Below are positions 24,690-38,157 of a stretch of 64,000 bases of DNA, in pieces (position 1 is the stretch's first letter; every line of letters begins with the position of its first letter). Source of the DNA: Podarcis cretensis (lineage: Eukaryota); assembly GCA_951804945.1 (NCBI GenBank), contig OX638152.1:71424001-71488000 (forward strand), read 5' to 3'. The notes beneath the pieces are model-generated. The model saw nothing but the letters and a program-made list of their open reading frames with translations. It had not been told where the DNA came from and made no database searches. A program made the position numbers and the translations under genes.

Positions 24690-26221
24690 ATATAAGGGGC
24701 CTCTCTCCCCCCACAATACCTTTAAGCACAGAGCCTAAAATTGCCTATCTGCACTACTGAAGTGCATTGATTGACCAATGAACTGGTTTATTATAAAGCA
24801 GCTTCATATATGCTCAATTAAATAAAATCTAGAACTGGGTGGAATCCAAACACTTCTTTACCAGAACTGTGGAGCAGGAATGCTGAGCTTTCAAACACCA
24901 CAGGTCTTTCTTATATGCAGTTCAAGTAACTTGCAAAACACCAAATGTGAGCGAAATCTTCAACTGGGTATTTGTATTGCTGCATTCAGGACTACTTCTG
25001 CGTTTTCTTGCTGGGCAGCTTTGCTGCATTATTGTGAGATGTGGATAATGAACAGGATGCCAGGAAAAGGGGCAGCGAAAGCAGTCAAAGACACAAGGAA
25101 ATGCCATGTATCTATCTCACCAATATTCCCTAGTATTCCACATAAAAACCTTTGGGTAGATTCCTTACACTTTTCCTTGCCAAAATGGGTTCCAGATAAG
25201 CAACAATCTGGAAACCTAGCCTGTATCTTACCATAGCCTGACTGCTATTTTGGCACTTGTTAGTTAGGTGGTTAATGAAATTGGCTTGGCAGTAGCCCTG
25301 CGTTGGATGCATTTCAGACATGGGAAAGCATCATCTGATATTCTGAATTGGTGGTAGCAAATCAAACAGGCATCACTGGCATGGGGGCAGCTTGCTCATT
25401 CCTGATCTCTCCTTGGTACATTAGAATATGGATGAGCTGGATTACCGATACTTTGTAGGGGATTGATATAAAACATGGACATAGTTCAGTCAATGCATGC
25501 AAGATCTTGCCTTTGGGAAGGATATCAGACTAGATTATATCTGGAACTCTTTCAATCATGTGTTTCTCAGACATTTCAGGGAATCCAAAACAAGAAAACA
25601 AGTGAAATGAGATAGCATGGGGAGCGGCTGTCCTTGAGATAATTTATCTTGAATCAATATGTGTTACATAAGATAAAATCTATAAAACATAGTTTTCTTT
25701 ATCATACTCTGGCTTTTGGAAGATAAAAGAGAAAAGATGTAGCTGATGTTAGTCTTACTCAGAGTAGATCCATTGAGATTAATGAACTGAATAGCACTAA
25801 TGTTGCATACATTCTACAATGTAAAACAATAATCCATATTTGGGGGGGAAACACCAGTGCTAAAGCAAGTAAGATGGATTTACAAAAGGCTAGACGGATT
25901 ATAATTATTATTAATAATTATATTATATTATTGTAGCTTAAGGATGATGGAATAAAACTGTTTTTACCTGAAATCTAAACATAATTAAGGAAAGGATCTA
26001 TGGAAGAAGGCTCCATAGATCATTCAAGAGTCCCACAGTTTAAAATATGTAACTCCCATCATCACTCCAGCTTTTTTACTTGACCTATAGTCAAATTATG
26101 TGGCACTGGGGCAAGGAGTGATGGACAGATATTTTCAGATGCCTGGTAGATCAACTGGCAAGGGGAAGAAGGTATGGTTTGTTTGCTTTAATATGTTTGG
26201 AAAATCTCTCTCTTTATTTGG

Positions 26222-26422
26222 TAGTGGTGCCCGCCCTGTGGAATGCCCTCCCATCAGATGTCAAAGAAATAAACAACTATCTGACTTTTAGAAGACTTCT
26301 GAAGGCAGCCCTGTTTAGGGAAGCTTTTAATATTTGATTAATCATTGTATTTTAATATTTTGTTGGAAGCCACCCCGAGAGGCTGGGGAAACCCAGCCAG
26401 ATGGGCGGGGTATAAATAATAA
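26222..26422 (+). mobile_element. L2 LINE 3' end
   Basis: CCCTGTGGAATGCCCTCCCATCAGATGTC...GATGGGCGGGGTATAAATAATAAA, the reverse complement of the 12.4-kb and 21.3-kb copies. Confidence 0.85.
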
Positions 26423-27892
26423 ATTAATATTAATTTTAAAAATACTCGGTGTATTTCAAAGCATACAGTTTAACTGGAGAGTCATTATGCCAAGGGTATT
26501 TACTATGCCACATAGTCAAGATTTGTCTTTGAAGCTGATAAGGGCAAGAATTTCCCCGAAGGAAATTTAAAAATGACTCAGTTTCTTTCAACGAGGCAGC
26601 ATGAGCAGAGAAATATAGGTCAAGGGAGAAGGCTGGAGATAGTTTGGAACTATTCCCAAGGTTGTCTGACAACAGCTAACCCTTCTGGTTTCCTGCACTT
26701 GGCTTGATCCTCAAGGGCTTTGGCTTTGACTGCAACCCTAAAACAGTAATGTTCAGCCTTCTTCAATGGGTCAGCAGAAAGTCTGTGCACTGCTTAGGTC
26801 TTGCTTCAGTGAGACACAAGCCTGGCATTTTCACTGTGAAGAGCAGGGAAGGGAAGTGCTGTTCCTAGATCTTCCAACTCAGAGCTGGTTTCTGTTATAT
26901 TCCAGGTGCAATCTCCGCAGTCTTTCTCGCAAGTGTACCTCATAAAGCACAATGAAATTTGTTTCCAGGATAACCTCAAACCAAACATCACAGCACTAAA
27001 CATGCATATGAATGGGTGCCAAGAGTTTATGGGGACACTAATAGGTTTAGTTCTGATATGTCCATCTTTCAATACAGAACATAGATAGATTCTTTCAGCA
27101 TGAAAACCTTTACACATCTTCACTAAAATGTCCTTTTCTCCAGGAACCCACTAATGCAAATTAGCATAATATATTTTACCCTGATCCTCTGATCTGTGTT
27201 AATGCTGCATTAAAACATTCCACTTCTGTGCTTGTTTCCTCAGACATGAACAAACAAAAAAGGAAAAGCAGAAAAGGTGTTTCAATAACCATCAGTAGAG
27301 GATGCCTGAAGGTGTTCAATCTAGCAAGGAAACCTAACCTAATTGCCTACATAGGGGCCGGGGAGTAGCACCTGATTCCTTTTGTGGTGGTGGTTATTGT
27401 TGTTGTTGTTGTTGTTGTTGTTATTTATTATAGCCTGCCATTCTGGTCTTGTTGGTCTTCCTGCATTTTCTTTCTTTGGCCAGCAGTCTAAGTTGGCAAA
27501 GAGGTTGACCATCCCTGGGTTTGGGATTCAGGAGGCTCCACTGTGATGGGAGACTATTAAGGGAAGTTATGAAAGTGGGGAAGGGTCATCTGTATTAGGA
27601 TTCTCAAGTGGAAAGGATGGTAATGTGAGTCAGAGAACAGCAGAGACTCACAAGTATGCAATGGGAACCAATCTATGAACCTGAGAAAATGGGGACCAGT
27701 AAACAAGTCCTAGTATTAAGTAGGAATACTGCAGGATCAGGGATGTGATGGCCTTTCAGATGTTGGATTCTCTTGCAACCAGCATAGCCATATGCTATGA
27801 TGTAGAAATGTGGTGAGCTGAACTTAAGATTGGGGGGGGGGGATGGAAACCGGGGAATTGACAAATTTGTCCATCCCCAGTTCAAGCAGACT

Positions 27893-28155
27893 GAAGAAGA
27901 ACAAGAAGAAGAAGAAGAGGAGTTTGGATTTGATATCCCGCCTTTCACTCCCCTTCAGGAGTCTCAAAGCGGCTAACATTCTCCTTTCCCTTCCTCCCCC
28001 ACAACAAACACTCTGTGAGGTGAGTGGGGCTGAGAGACTTCAGAGAAGTGTGACTGACCCAAGGTCACCCAGCAGCTGCATGTGGAGGAGCGGAGACGCG
28101 AACCCGGTTCCCCAGATTACGAGACTACCGCTCTTAACCACTACACCACACTGGC
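27893..28155 (-). mobile_element. Squam3-like (MIR/CORE-related) SINE with (CTT)n tail
   Basis: Minus strand: GCCAGTGTGGTGTAGTGGTTAAGAGC (A box), GGTTCGCGTC (B box), CORE-like GGGTGACCTTGGGTCAGTCAC, CTT-repeat tail. Confidence 0.85.
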
Positions 28156-30742
28156 TCTCAGCAGGCTTCTGATTTCCATTCTTTGATGAATCCTTCTAGC
28201 AACAAATTGTTACGTTGCATGTAAAATTTTAAGATAATACAAGGGATAAACATATGCAGGAAGACTGCAGGAAGGAAACAATTGGACATGCCACATATTA
28301 GACCACAAAGTGTCTATAGAGATCACAAAGATTACGGCAGGTAGGAAAAAACAATTCCAAAAGGCCTTATTTCACTCCTGCAGTTGCTTTTCTGCTTTCT
28401 TTTCATTCCCTGATAATATCACGTCCAGCTGCCTGTGGCTCCTGTTTGTTAATCATATCGGGAACTGCCTCAGAGGCAAAAATGAGTGTTAAGAAAGAGG
28501 GAAATAACACAGAGCAGTTTCCCTTTCTGTCTTCCACCCCCTCTGAGCTGTCCTCTTGGTGAAGCTTCGACTGGGGAAAGTTTCATTTCTTTCAGAGTAT
28601 GTACATCAGATAAAATTCAGTCCCTGGCAATAATGTCTGCTACCGCTTCGTTCTAAAGCCTCAGAAGAAGAAAATCTCAGTTATCTGAATGAACAGAGCT
28701 TTTGTTGTTTCTGCTTTTAAATTTGATACCTTGACTTCATGCACAGACAAGAAAAGCATGTTCCCAAGGCAGAAAGCTACTCCCCCCCCCCACCTCTCAA
28801 TGAAACAAAGCAAGGCAAGGGGCAAGACACAAATGTTATGAACACTATTCAGGCTGATTTTCCCTTCTGATCCTTATCACATCACAATAAAGGTTAAGCT
28901 TTTCATCTCTTCCTGAGCTATTTATGTTGTACTTTTAAAGATCCAAATAGATACGTTCTATCCATATTTCATTCAGAACAAATTCCCCCTTGCTTTTCAG
29001 AAACTCTTCCCTCTGTGTGTATGTGTGTGTGTGTGTTTATATTCATATCTTGTACAGAAAATCCCTTAATCTTTTTTCAAGGGCATCCTAGGACAGCACT
29101 ACAGATGAGCCAAAAGCTAGTTTTTTTCAAGGCAGCTGATGACTATTTGAAATTTTAAAAAAACACAACAACTACATATACACATATTTGCATATGCATA
29201 TACAAATATTTGTGTTTGCTGTGTGCTTCTAAGAAATGTATGTGGAGAGAGATCTATAAGCTCCTATTTTAAACAAAAAGATAAAGCTGTGGATGAATGG
29301 TGAACTTTTGCTGCATAAACACTATACATTTGAAGTACCAGCAAACTTTAGTTTTTCCCGTTCATGCTCTAATTCATTGCCCAGAGTAAGTGCAAAGGAT
29401 CTTGGGGCATAAAGGCATCACATCACAAATTCTACTTCATTAGTTGTTAGTGGAGGAAAGGGGAGGACATGATTCAGACTGCTGTTTCTGGTGGAAACCC
29501 GTCTCTTATAATGTGTAATCCAGAAGCAAGGAGTATAGTCCCCATCAGATGTTGCTGGACATCCCTGGCTATTTGCCATGTTTTGGGAGGCAGATGGGAG
29601 AAGGAGTCCATCAACATTTAGACAGCACCACATTGACTAGTTGCCATGTAGCCTATTCTCAGCATGGCTGTCCTCTTTCTTCCTCCGTGTAGTTATGGTT
29701 TGGGAGAAGCAGGATGACCTTACAAATTATTGTGTGATGTGCAGATAAGACAATAATGGTTGAGTAGGATAGTGATCATGAATCCATTAAGTCAAGGTGA
29801 GAATGGTGGAGAATCCCCTTCTCTGGTATTATAAAATACGGCTTTTCTATGGTGCTTGCTATGCAGAAGTGCCAATACAATTCTTTCTGATTTCTGTTAG
29901 GCAAATGCTTCCAAATCAGTGCAGATATTTTTATCAGCTCAGCCAACTGTCAGCTAAATAAAGTACATTATGTAATGTGATGTTAGAACACTGAAGGCAG
30001 CCAGCAGCTACATTGCTTCTGGAATTCACAGCAGATGCACAAGAGCAAAATACTGCACTTGGAATCAAGATGAAATAAGTAGAAAGGCCATTTTAATGTA
30101 CTGCTCCACAAGCAATATTGACTGTATACTAAGGACAAGGGACAGGGGATCTGAGAGCCAAACACAGCACCCAAAAGCTTTCCATCTTTCCCTTTTATAA
30201 CTCTGTACCCCAAGGATGCCACCACCATGCACACATTTAGAGCTGAGCAAATGTGGCTCTCCCAAACCTGATGCATGATGTATAGATGGTGTATTTGGGG
30301 AGGGGCAATTCAATGATTGTGGGAGGTGAGCAACATTTGTCCCCAAAAATTTGTGCTCGGCCCTTCCCCCCCCCCCCCCCATTGTGGGCAGTGTTGATCC
30401 CCCCCCCCCATTTTTTTTTATATAATGTTCTTCTTGTAGTGCAACAGATACCAGTAGCAGCAATGCTCTTGGTACTGACAGCAAACAGTGCTTTGTGGTG
30501 AACTGCATGCAACAGTAGGGAGAATGCAAAGAGTTAATAGCTGTAGGAAGGGCCACCCAGAAGCAGAAGTGGGGAGTCGGGGATCCTGGCTGTTATTTCT
30601 GTTCTGGATAAATGCCTGCTTGATTATAGAGGTGTGTATTAAAATAAATGAACATTAGTCTGCTGTTATTAGAAGCTAGGTGACTTTTTGTGGGCTTCTC
30701 TTGGTTCTCAGCAGCTGCCACCTTCTACCTCACAAGCTGCAG

Positions 30743-30905
30743 AGGGCCATGGCTCTGTGGTAAAGTATGCAAAAGGTCTCAGGTTCATTTCCTGGCTTCT
30801 CTAGGTAGGGTCAGAAGAGGCTTCTGCCTGCAATCCTAGAGAGCTGCTGCCAGTCAGAATAGACAATACTAATGGTCTGAGTATTTACTAACTGGTAAAT
30901 AGCAA
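30743..30905 (+). mobile_element. Old tRNA-derived SINE (Squam2-like)
   Basis: GGGCCATGGCTCTGTGGTAAAG..AGGTTCATTTCCTGGC head; GAGAGCTGCTGCCAGTCAG body. Confidence 0.55.
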
Positions 30906-30920
30906 CCTCTGTCCAGAGTG

Positions 30921-31255
30921 GGACATGGGTGGCGCTGTGGTCTAAACCACAGAGCTGAGGGCTTGCCAATCAGAAGGTCGGTGGTTTGAATCCCCGCGAT
31001 AGGGTGAGCTCCCATTGCTTGGTCCCTGCTCCTGCCAACCTAGCAGTTTGAAAGCACGTCAAAGTGCAAGTAGATAAATAGGAACCGTTCTGGCAGGAAG
31101 GTAAACAGCATTTCTGTGCGCTGCTCTGGTTCACCAGAAGCGGCTTAGTCTTGCTGGCCACATGACCCGGAAGCTATATGCCAGCTCCCTTGGCCATTAA
31201 AGTGAGATGAGCGCCACATCCCCAGAGTCGTCCCCTCAGGGGCCCTTTACCTTTA
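30921..31255 (+). mobile_element. Sauria SINE
   Basis: Full head, body and ACCTTT tail; 11-bp TSD TGTCCAGAGTG. Confidence 0.93.
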
Positions 31256-31414
31256 TGTCCAGAGTGTTAGCTATTTTTTTGAGTTATTTAGAGTGATGGC
31301 AGTGGTTTCACCCTCAAACTTCAGTGATGAAGCAGACTGCACACACAAGACCTGAAGACGAACCTTTACTTGTCAGGATGGCAACAATTGAGCAATTTGT
31401 ATTATTCATATATA

Positions 31415-31779
31415 CCGTGTTGGCCCGAATATAAGCCGCACCTGAATATAAGCTGCACCTTTAAAATTGGGGGGAGGGGGAGAGAAAAAGAAAAAAAATA
31501 CCTGAATATAAGCCGCTTCCTTCCTCGCTGCTCCTGTATACTGGGGGGGGGGCCTACTGTGTTGCTGGCGGCCTTTCCCCTTCCTCTCTCCCTTCCCGGC
31601 CTTGGGGGAGAGGACGGGGAACTACACCTGGGGCAGGTGCAGCTTTGCCGTGCTCCTGGCACTGATTTCCCTGCCCTCCTGGCTGCATACCGTAAGGTCG
31701 TGAATATAAGCTGTGCTTTAAATTTTCATGGTTGGAATTTGGGGGGGGGGGAATGTAGCTTCTATTCGGGCCAATACGG
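31415..31779. mobile_element. Tc2/pogo-like MITE
   Basis: TIRs CCGTGTTGGCCCGAATA / TATTCGGGCCAATACGG flanked by TA; internal GAATATAAGC repeats. Confidence 0.85.
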
Positions 31780-32774
31780 TATTAAGTCCAATGCAATGTG
31801 TGTCTCTCCCTTGAGCCCAAGAGAGGGTTTATTCCTTTTTCTTTCAAAACTTCTTCATAGCAGTGCATAAGTTTAATCGCTTGCCTGCCCTCACAAACTC
31901 ATCTGGACAGTGTCTGCTTGAAGTCTTAATGCTCCCATATTCTCTGTCAACAAAACAATGGCAAAACAACCAGCCAACTTCCAATCCCCCCCCCACTCTC
32001 TAAGAGACACACACTTTTAAAAAACAAATTAGCAAGGCAATGATTCAGCGTTTCTGTGACCTTGATTGGAGTCACCTGCTTTGCAGCTGCTGCATATGTT
32101 TTCTTTTTCCCCAGTACAATTTATTCTTTGTAAAATATGTTTTCTAGCAAATGGAGTGCAAATGCTAACACAGAGTGACATTTTGTTGTCATCGATGTAA
32201 CACCTTTGACAGATGCCTGTCAAGAGCTAAGGTGGCTCCCACTTGGCCCAACTATCATGCATCTTAGCCACTTATTCCAAAGCTCTGTGACACAGTCCAG
32301 CTACTCTTAAAACACTCTTTCCCTTCAGTCTGAGCAGCAAGAGTTGTTTCAGCAGAGCTTCCTTTTCCTCAAACCCTCCATTGTCTTCCCTTCCGTCCCG
32401 GAGTTCCCTGATTTTTGCTTGAGCGAACGCATCATCTCTAGTAAGCCCTGCTAGTTCTCGTTTCCCAACCAACGCTCCCCCCCCCACACCGGTCCTCGGG
32501 AAACAGAGCAGAGCTCTCGTCTTATTATGCACCTCAGCGGCACTCGTGCACAAGCAAAGAAACACACAGGGTAGGGAACAGCTGAGGTGCATAAATTCAA
32601 GGGCTCTGCCAAAGCTTCTGTTGCTGTTTGTACTGGGAAAGAGGATTTAAGCAGTCCCTTGCATGGAAGTGAGTCAGCGGGCCAAGCCAATGTTGCAGGC
32701 TCTTCAGCTTTTGCATCACTGAAACTATGGCAGTGGTTAGAAACAAGGTACAGGCAGAGTAAATGAGAATTTAA

Positions 32775-33032
32775 CAGGCATCAGCAAACTTTTTTCAGCA
32801 GGGGGCTGGTCCACTGTCCCTCAGACGTTGGGGGGGGGGAACTATATTTTTTGGGGGGAGGGAATGAACAAATTCCTATGCCCCACAAATAACCCAGAGA
32901 TGCATTTCAAATACAAGCACGCATTCTATTTATGTAAAAACATGCTGGTTCCTCGACTGTCCACGGGCCGGATTTAGAAGGCAATTGGAAAAGAAGAGAG
33001 ACAAGCCTTGGGCCTTAGTTTGCCTACCCATG
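32775..33032. mobile_element. hAT-type MITE (same family as 19712-19961)
   Basis: Colinear with the 19.7-kb copy (CCCCACAAATAACCCAGAGATGCATTT, GGGCCTTAGTTTGCCTA). Confidence 0.85.
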
Positions 33033-33466
33033 ATTTACAACCTGAAACAGCTATGATCATTGCAGCCTGATTCGATATAACAATGATTTGGAAATCAGAC
33101 CAACCAGTTAACATTTTGCAATGGTATAAAATAGTGTGGGATACATGTCAACAAAAGTCACTTATTACAAAAGAGATTTTGAAGGCTGTGCACCAAATTC
33201 TATTAAAAATGAGCCTGCTTGAGATTTTAAATTCCAATAGTTAACAAAGTTCAAGCTTATATTTTTCTCTCTCGCTTACACAAACTTCTTATAAATAAAA
33301 TAACCAACAATACCTAATAAGTATATTTCATAATGTTCTTGAGACCTTAATTGACTATTTGTATTGGAGTTTATGACATGATGCTTACATTTCTCATTTT
33401 ATATGGATAAATGAAATATTTTGGTTTCTGAATGATATTTTTGGCAACAAAGTAAGAGTAGTTATA

Positions 33467-33844
33467 AAGGTAAAGGTAAAGGTACCCCTGCCTGTACGGG
33501 CCAGTCTTGACAGACTCTGGGGTTGTGCGCCCATCTCACTTAAGAGGCCAGGGGCCAGCGCTGTCCGGAGACACTTCCGGGTCACGTGGCTAGCGTGACA
33601 TCGCTGCTCTGGCCCGAGCCAGAGCCAGAGCCAGAGCCGCACACGGAAACGTCGTTTACCTTCCCGCTGGTAAGCGGTCCCTATTTATCTACTTGCACCC
33701 GGAGGTGCTTTCGAACTGCTAGGTTGGCAGGCGCTGGGATCGAGCAGCGGGAGCGCACCCCGCCGCAGGGATTCGAACCGCCGACCTTTTGATCGGCAAG
33801 CCCTAGGCGCTGAGGCTTTAACCCACAGCGCCACCTGCGTCCCT
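33467..33844 (-). mobile_element. Sauria SINE (young subfamily)
   Basis: 12-bp TSD AGAGTAGTTATA; CpG-rich; internal (GAGCCA)n expansion. Confidence 0.95.
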
Positions 33845-34253
33845 AGAGTAGTTATAGTTGGATATATATATCTGTGGATATATTAGGGTTTAGGTCTGCT
33901 TGGCTCATTCTGTGATGCCCTTTTAGTATTAATCCTTCACATTCTGGTACATTGTAAATGGCATGAAGTCCTTCCTGTGAAATATCTTCAAGATTCCCAG
34001 ACATTTAAGTGGGGACTTTTGATGAATTTGATAAAAATCTCATCTACCACAGAAGAATTAAACACACTTTATTGAAAGCACTGTAAAAAATATGACAGAA
34101 GTAATTAAATTATTGTTAAGATTCTGTAGTATATTTGTAACATGCAAATTATTTCATTTGGCTATTTCTAGAACTATAACCCAAATTTACCTCTTCCCCA
34201 GCCTACATAACAACAGCAATCACAGTCATATTAGCCTTACAATGAGATAGTGG

Positions 34254-34254
<1 letters not shown>

Positions 34255-34299
<45 letters not shown>
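34255..34299. repeat. (TA)n microsatellite
   Basis: Perfect TA run. Confidence 0.95.
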
Positions 34300-34301
<2 letters not shown>

Positions 34302-35187
34302 TGAAGAGTACAAATACTTTATTTAGTTCTTGAAGCTATATTGGATGAAAAGAAGAGAGACAAGCCTGTTAGTTCAATGTGACCTTCTGTGCTGAGTGCT
34401 GGGATACTGTAGAATGGCGCATTTGAACTAGTCGAGATATACAGACACAAATTACTCCATTTTGTGAGCAGCACTTTCCTTGCAGCATTGCCTGCCAGAG
34501 GCTAGAACCTGATTAGCATTATCTTTTGGTGGACAAGTTAAATGCTGAGGCTGGCAATTTGGCCCTTCTGAATTACAGAGAAATTCCAACAGCAAAAAAT
34601 CTGCAAGATCGTTTGCAGTTAAGAGAAATCCATTGGCATGTCAGAACAAGCCTTACAGTCTTCTAGCCCACAGTCTAAAAGTGCTTAAAAACAGAGATAA
34701 ATGCTTTGCGATTTCCATTATGTGCTGGCTTTATAGAGGTTAAATATAGTGAAGAAAAAGTGCTTGTGTAGATCCATGTTCTTCAACAATAGTTTAAAGG
34801 CTTTTCCAGATAAAGCATTCCTAGCAGCCTTCAAATGTTCCCCATATAATCCATTATGTTATTCAGAGATACGCTCACCTGAATTCAAAGTCAGAAAAGA
34901 ATCTGCTGCACAGTTTGAACTGCAGGAGTAGCAGCTTATAACACACATATTTCATCTTCTAAGAATGTTGGAGTTTCTGGATTCTGTAGGACAGAATTTT
35001 GTATTCTTGCTATTGCTTGCTTGCCACCAAAGGCCATTTCAGGCAGAATCAGCTCCAGCTTGGGTCCAATGCTGGTATATGATAGCTAACAGACTGGCTT
35101 AGGTCCAGCTCAGTCCCATCCTCTTCTAGCATCAAAACACCCTGTTTCAGGGAGCAGTTCTTCCAGGACTCACATCTAAGATGGTCT

Positions 35188-35336
35188 GTAAAATCATAAA
35201 ACTGCAGAGTTGGAAAAGGCCACAAGAGCCATCTTGCAGGAAAGGTCCTAGAAGGCAGGAATCTTTCACCCAACATGGATCTTGAGCCTACGACCCTGAG
35301 ATTAAGGGGCCTTATGCTCTACCAGTTGAGCTATCT
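35188..35336 (-). mobile_element. tRNA-Lys-derived SINE with CR1-type tail (diverged)
   Basis: Reverse complement related to 3756-3903 (GATAGCTCAACTGGTAGAGCAT...TTAATCTCAGGGTCGTAGG). Confidence 0.65.
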
Positions 35337-35390
35337 GTATGATTCATAGATCCATAGATCATGAACCACAGATCATGCAAAACTTACTAT

Positions 35391-36342
35391 TGTTATGAGT
35401 TTGAGGGTGCCTAAATTCCTGGACCCAGTAAGTGTTAAAATTTAATCAAGCCTCCTGAATTTCAGCAAGGGTTAAAATATAAGGCAGGCTAGCTTCCTCT
35501 TGGGGACGCAGGTGGCGCTGTGGGTTAAAGCCTCAGCGCCTAGGACTTGCTGATTGAAAGGTCGGCGGTTCGAATCCCTGCGGCGGGGTGCGCTCCCGCT
35601 GCTCGGTCCCAGCGCCTGCCAACCTAGCAGTTCAAAAGCACCTCCGGGTGCAAGTAGATAAATAGGGACCGCTTACCAGCGGGAAGGTAAACAGCGTTTC
35701 CGTGTGCAGCTCTGGCTCGCCAGATGCAGCTTTGTCACTCTGGCCACGTGACCCGGAAGTGTCTCCGGACAGCGCTGGCCCCTGGCTTCTTAAGTGAGAT
35801 GGGCGCACAACCCCAGAGTCTGTCAAGACTGGCCCGTACGGGCAGGGGTACCTTTACCTTTACCTAGCTTCCTCTTGAGGTAATTGCCTGGGTAATGGAC
35901 CATTAAGATAACAAAGGGAAGGCAAGAAGACATTATGAAAGCAGTGGAGAAGAGGCTCTGTGCCATAGGGCAAATAGGTGGGGCTCCTCTTCTCTCTCTT
36001 AGATTGCTAGTAGGACAAAACAGGAATATTGAGGTTAGAGTTGGCTGTGATGTGACTGAAAGGAAGAACATGTAGGTTGGAAAGGTAGAGAAAAGGCCAT
36101 AGCTGATGTCTGCTTTGAATCAAAGGCTGCCTCTATGAGAGAAGCAGGACCTTATAGGGGTGTTAATGTGGTGAACTCCTCCAACACAGGCTGAGGTTGT
36201 ATATATGTTTAAATAAACCATATATCATAAAGACACAATAGTCTCCATTGTGCCTCATTTCCAAAAGGAAACACAGACCCTAAGTGAGTGACTGGAACTC
36301 CTGCAATCTCACACCACTTGGAGATTGGTGTGGTGGGCAACC
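35391..36342 (+). mobile_element. Old solo LTR-like element interrupted by a Sauria SINE
   Basis: Starts TGTTATGAGTTTG; AATAAACCATATATCATAAAG near 36212; homologous to 11524-12041. Confidence 0.6.
35503..35863 (+). mobile_element. Sauria SINE (young subfamily)
   Basis: 14-bp TSD CTAGCTTCCTCTTG; near-identical to the 33467 and 42804 copies. Confidence 0.95.
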
Positions 36343-38157
36343 ATATTAAGGAGAAGAGGCAAATGCAGTCCTTTGATAGTGACATAGCAATATCCATTGC
36401 CTTAAATAGGGAATGTATGTACAGTACAAAGCCACTTCATCAATGCCTGTTTTCTCTTTAAGGCGAACATAGATAACACCCCTCCCCCCCCCAGTGTTTC
36501 AATCTTCTGCTTAATTTAATGAAGAAGTGTTAGCTCTAACCTTTTGACACAGAATTTCCAGTTATACCTGCATGGATTTGAATGTTAGTGAATGTTACAG
36601 AATACCTTTATATCCCTGTTTTTAATGTCTGTTTTAACCTTTTAAACCACATTAACCTTTGCATTATTATTGGTGGTGTGAAACTGTACTACATTTTGGT
36701 ATTCATAAATTTCTTTCCTGCTCTCACCAGGTTTAATGGCAGTCATGGGTTACCACTACCATAAAATACTTTAAAAGCTGTCCTCACCAATTGTAGTGAT
36801 TTACTCATCCTAAATCTCAAGCCATGCTGACAAGCTGATGCTCATTAATGTGCTTGTGTATTTTGTCATCCTAATTTGACATGTTGGATTTTATTGACAA
36901 TGTGCATGTGTGTGCGTTATGTATATATTCCTCACCAGGAAGCAATGTGATTACCAGTCTGCAGATTTCAATTGCCAGCAGCAACAAACATTCCCCCCCC
37001 CACAATTTTCATAAAAGAAAAGTGTTTAGATCTAAGCATTTAGTTGCTTCTCCATCAGAGAGCCTTGAGACATTTTGTTTGGGTATTGTTAGGATAGCTG
37101 GTAATAATTTGACAGTTACAAAATATAAATCCTTCCTTTTTGGGGAAAGGATGTGATAAACAATGCAACTTCAGGAAAACAAGACGGAATGCATTGTGTT
37201 CTAGATACACACTTTGACAGGCTCTGCTTAAAATGAATACAACTCAAGATAATTGGCAGAACTAAACAACACAAAGAGACTGATGTGGGTTAAAAATGGC
37301 CACAACGTTTCTGGATTAGAGTTTATTAGAGTTGGATGTGACATAGTGCAAGGATACAATCTTCTAGCAGCCAGCCTGCTGACCGATGTCTCCTTTGAGC
37401 CTGCATACTGGGACAACCTTAAAGATTTGGCCTGATTTTTAGAGCCATCATTCTAGGAATTGTTCCTTTGCTCCCCACCCCAGCAAAATGTGTGTGGAAG
37501 CCAGTTCTAGCCCCCCAAAGCATATGGGGCTAAGGCTATAGTGCCATTCCTTTATGGGAATTCAACAGTGGTCTATGGATCCTGCCCTGTTCTTTTCTTG
37601 AGCCACAGCCAAAATTGTGGTAGTCTGAAGTTCTATTACTGTTCACATACAACCACTGCTACTGGTGTATTGAAAACCTCACAGCAGAATGCCAATCATA
37701 CTCCATCCAGGGTGGGGATGTTGGTGATGGCAATGCCAAAGCCACAGTCTACACCTGGATTTATAACACTGGTCAACAACAAATTTGTTGTCTGTGTTTT
37801 TTCAGTTGATTTAGGACAAATCTGATGTGCTGAATCCAAAAATCACATTGGTTTTGCTCAGTCAGGTCAAGTTTTTGAGCTATGGCCACATGTTGTTTTT
37901 TTACGTTTTTGTTCACATGTACGCTTGTGTGGAGCATTTTAGAAGAAGTTGGTGGGGGTAAAATGCCATGTCGAATAATTGTTTTGATTGGAAATGATTA
38001 TTTAATGACAAGAAGTATTCAGGTCCGATAGTTCTAGGTGATTATGTCGAAAACGGATCAGTTTGAAGACATAAAATCTCAAAATCTTCCCTAAATTGGT
38101 GCAGCAAAGCATAAAGTTGGGTGATCAAAACTAAGTTAATGGGGCAGCCGCCTCACG

